Assembly (NCBI GenBank): GCA_016748015.1
Contig: JAAOMT010000201.1
Location: 124,001 to 188,000 of the forward strand
Length of the DNA stretch: 64,000 bases
Source of the DNA: Geosiphon pyriformis uo1
Lineage: Eukaryota > Fungi > Glomeromycota
Direction of reading: 5' to 3'
Under the pieces are notes generated by a model. That model did no database searches, was not told the DNA's origin, and saw only the letters and a list, made by a program, of their open reading frames with translations. Position numbers and translations under genes: made by a program. This document shows, one piece after another, positions 62,847-64,000 of this stretch. Within the stretch, counting starts at the first letter, position 1, and every line of letters starts with the position of its first letter.

Positions 62847-63534
62847 TAATCTTCTCCTCAAGACTGAGCTCCATCGAAGTCCAAGCACTATCTGTAATAT
62901 TGAGATAGTGATCTAAAATAATTGAAGTAATCTGGTCTGAAAATTGTTGAAATTTCAGTTCTGTAAGTTTGCCAATATATTGGACTTTCATTGATTGCAG
63001 TATTGGATTTTGTAGAATATTTTCACAAGTATTAAACAAATCATTGAGTCTAAAAACTGCTCTAAGTTTGTAGCGAGTGTTTGTTGGTCCAGCTGCTGTT
63101 TTGAATTCATTGTAGATTTGTTTTTGTATAACTTCAGGAGTGAGATTTGTTGCTTCAAGTTCCAATTTTCGTTCATAAAGTGTTTTTCCAATTTGAAAGT
63201 ATCTATAGATAGGGGTGTGTTCATTGTTCTGTTCATTAAAAAGTAGTAGTAGTTTTTGTTGCATTGTAGTATTTGGTGGAATGTCAATAGGGGCAATTAG
63301 CAGATTTTCTTCTAGTGCCTGCTTCAAAAATCTTGGTAATCTATTCTCAGAGTGACTTCTTGTTTCTCTTCTATAGGGGTGATAGTTCTGTAAATGATTT
63401 GCTACTGGGGCTGTGGTTTCTTTCTGAATGTATTTAATTTGACTTCCATTAATCGTTATAGATAAGTCAGGGAGTGTTTTCAAGATTAACATTAATTTTT
63501 GGGATATTTGTTGAATATTTCGGGGAATAATCAT
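62827..63534 (-). CDS. L3 ORF3, intact protein of unknown function
   Basis: 235-aa ATG-started ORF, homolog of 56416-57162, overlaps the PPT and LTR start. Confidence 0.8.
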   Translation of the reverse strand: MIIPRNIQQISQKLMLILKTLPDLSITINGSQIKYIQKETTAPVANHLQNYHPYRRETRSHSENRLPRFLKQALEENLLIAPIDIPPNTTMQQKLLLLFNEQNNEHTPIYRYFQIGKTLYERKLELEATNLTPEVIQKQIYNEFKTAAGPTNTRYKLRAVFRLNDLFNTCENILQNPILQSMKVQYIGKLTELKFQQFSDQITSIILDHYLNITDSAWTSMELSLEEKIMLPVEF

Positions 63535-63678
63535 AATAAAATTGACTAATTATGAAAAGAAAGAATAAAGAAAATTATTTTTTTGGATATGGAGTTTTTA
63601 TTTGTTTTTGGGTTTGGGTGTTTTGTAATTATTTACTATTTTTGTCTTTGTGTTTTTAGTAGAAAATTATTGTAAAAT

Positions 63679-64000
63679 TTAAGTGTTTAAGTTTGGTTGT
63701 TGTTCTATTATAATTATTGGTTCTAAATTTTGGGGAATATCTTCAGAATTAATTAAAGGAGAATGTGTACCAATTTGTGGAATTAATGGTTCAGGATTGT
63801 TTCTGGAATGATAGTGTTTCAGTCTGTCTCCATGTGCAACTTTTGCTAATATTTTGTCATCAAGTCTTAACTTATATGATCCATTGTCTAGAATTTCGTG
63901 AATATAAAATGGTCCATCCCATTTGTTTTCAAATTTCCCACTCCATTGTTTTTCACCCTTAGTTCTGTGTAAGAGAACTTTATTTTCAACTTTAAATTCG
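63679..64000 (-). pseudogene. L3 integrase C-terminus
   Basis: KQWSGKFENKWDGPFYI..GSYKL..HGDRLKHY. Confidence 0.85.

Larger units (their letters stand above)
62056..64000 (-). mobile_element. Element L3 3' end, inserted in the L2 protease
   Basis: LTR 62056-62846 interrupts the APQYQALIG frame; PPT GAGGAGAAGA; ORF3; IN C-terminus. Confidence 0.9.

Noticed and set aside
62827-63534. ORF3 as an env gene
   Set aside because: Too short, with no signal peptide, transmembrane helix or fusion-protein features

Overview
This AT-rich eukaryotic window is almost entirely a nest of decayed Ty3/gypsy (Metaviridae) LTR retrotransposons. It is probably fungal and resembles Glomeromycota repeats as I recall them; the host is not verified. 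I found no host gene. Three related families are present. Family A spans 1-~5670 (+). Family B has five internal copies (B1-B5) plus one solo LTR. Family L has one solo LTR and two nested minus-strand copies (L2, L3). Nesting resolved from TGTTAC...GTAACA ends and 4-bp TSDs: L solo LTR 1033-2001 in A; B2 10127-20115 in B1; B3 25716-45981 (-) 9 bp inside the B1 3' LTR; B4 34080-44186 in B3; B5 sharing that LTR with B1; a solo B LTR 48941-49933 and L2 (from 55484) in B5; L3 (from 62056) in L2. All gag-pol and integrase frames are broken by C>T/G>A changes. The notable result is a shared three-cistron architecture. (1) One gag-PR-[Cys-rich/dUTPase]-RT-RH frame stops right after RNase H in 7 of 7 copies. 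(2) Integrase is a separate ORF behind an A/C-rich spacer whose length does not preserve frame. (3) A conserved non-env ORF3 (~210-250 aa) abuts or overlaps the PPT, and its variants pair with subfamily-specific palindromic U3 tandem arrays. Family B also shows an elongator-tRNA-Met-type PBS with extra U5 complementarity, a PBS-occluding hairpin and an AUG-less Gag extension. Insertion sites are YG/CpG-centred.
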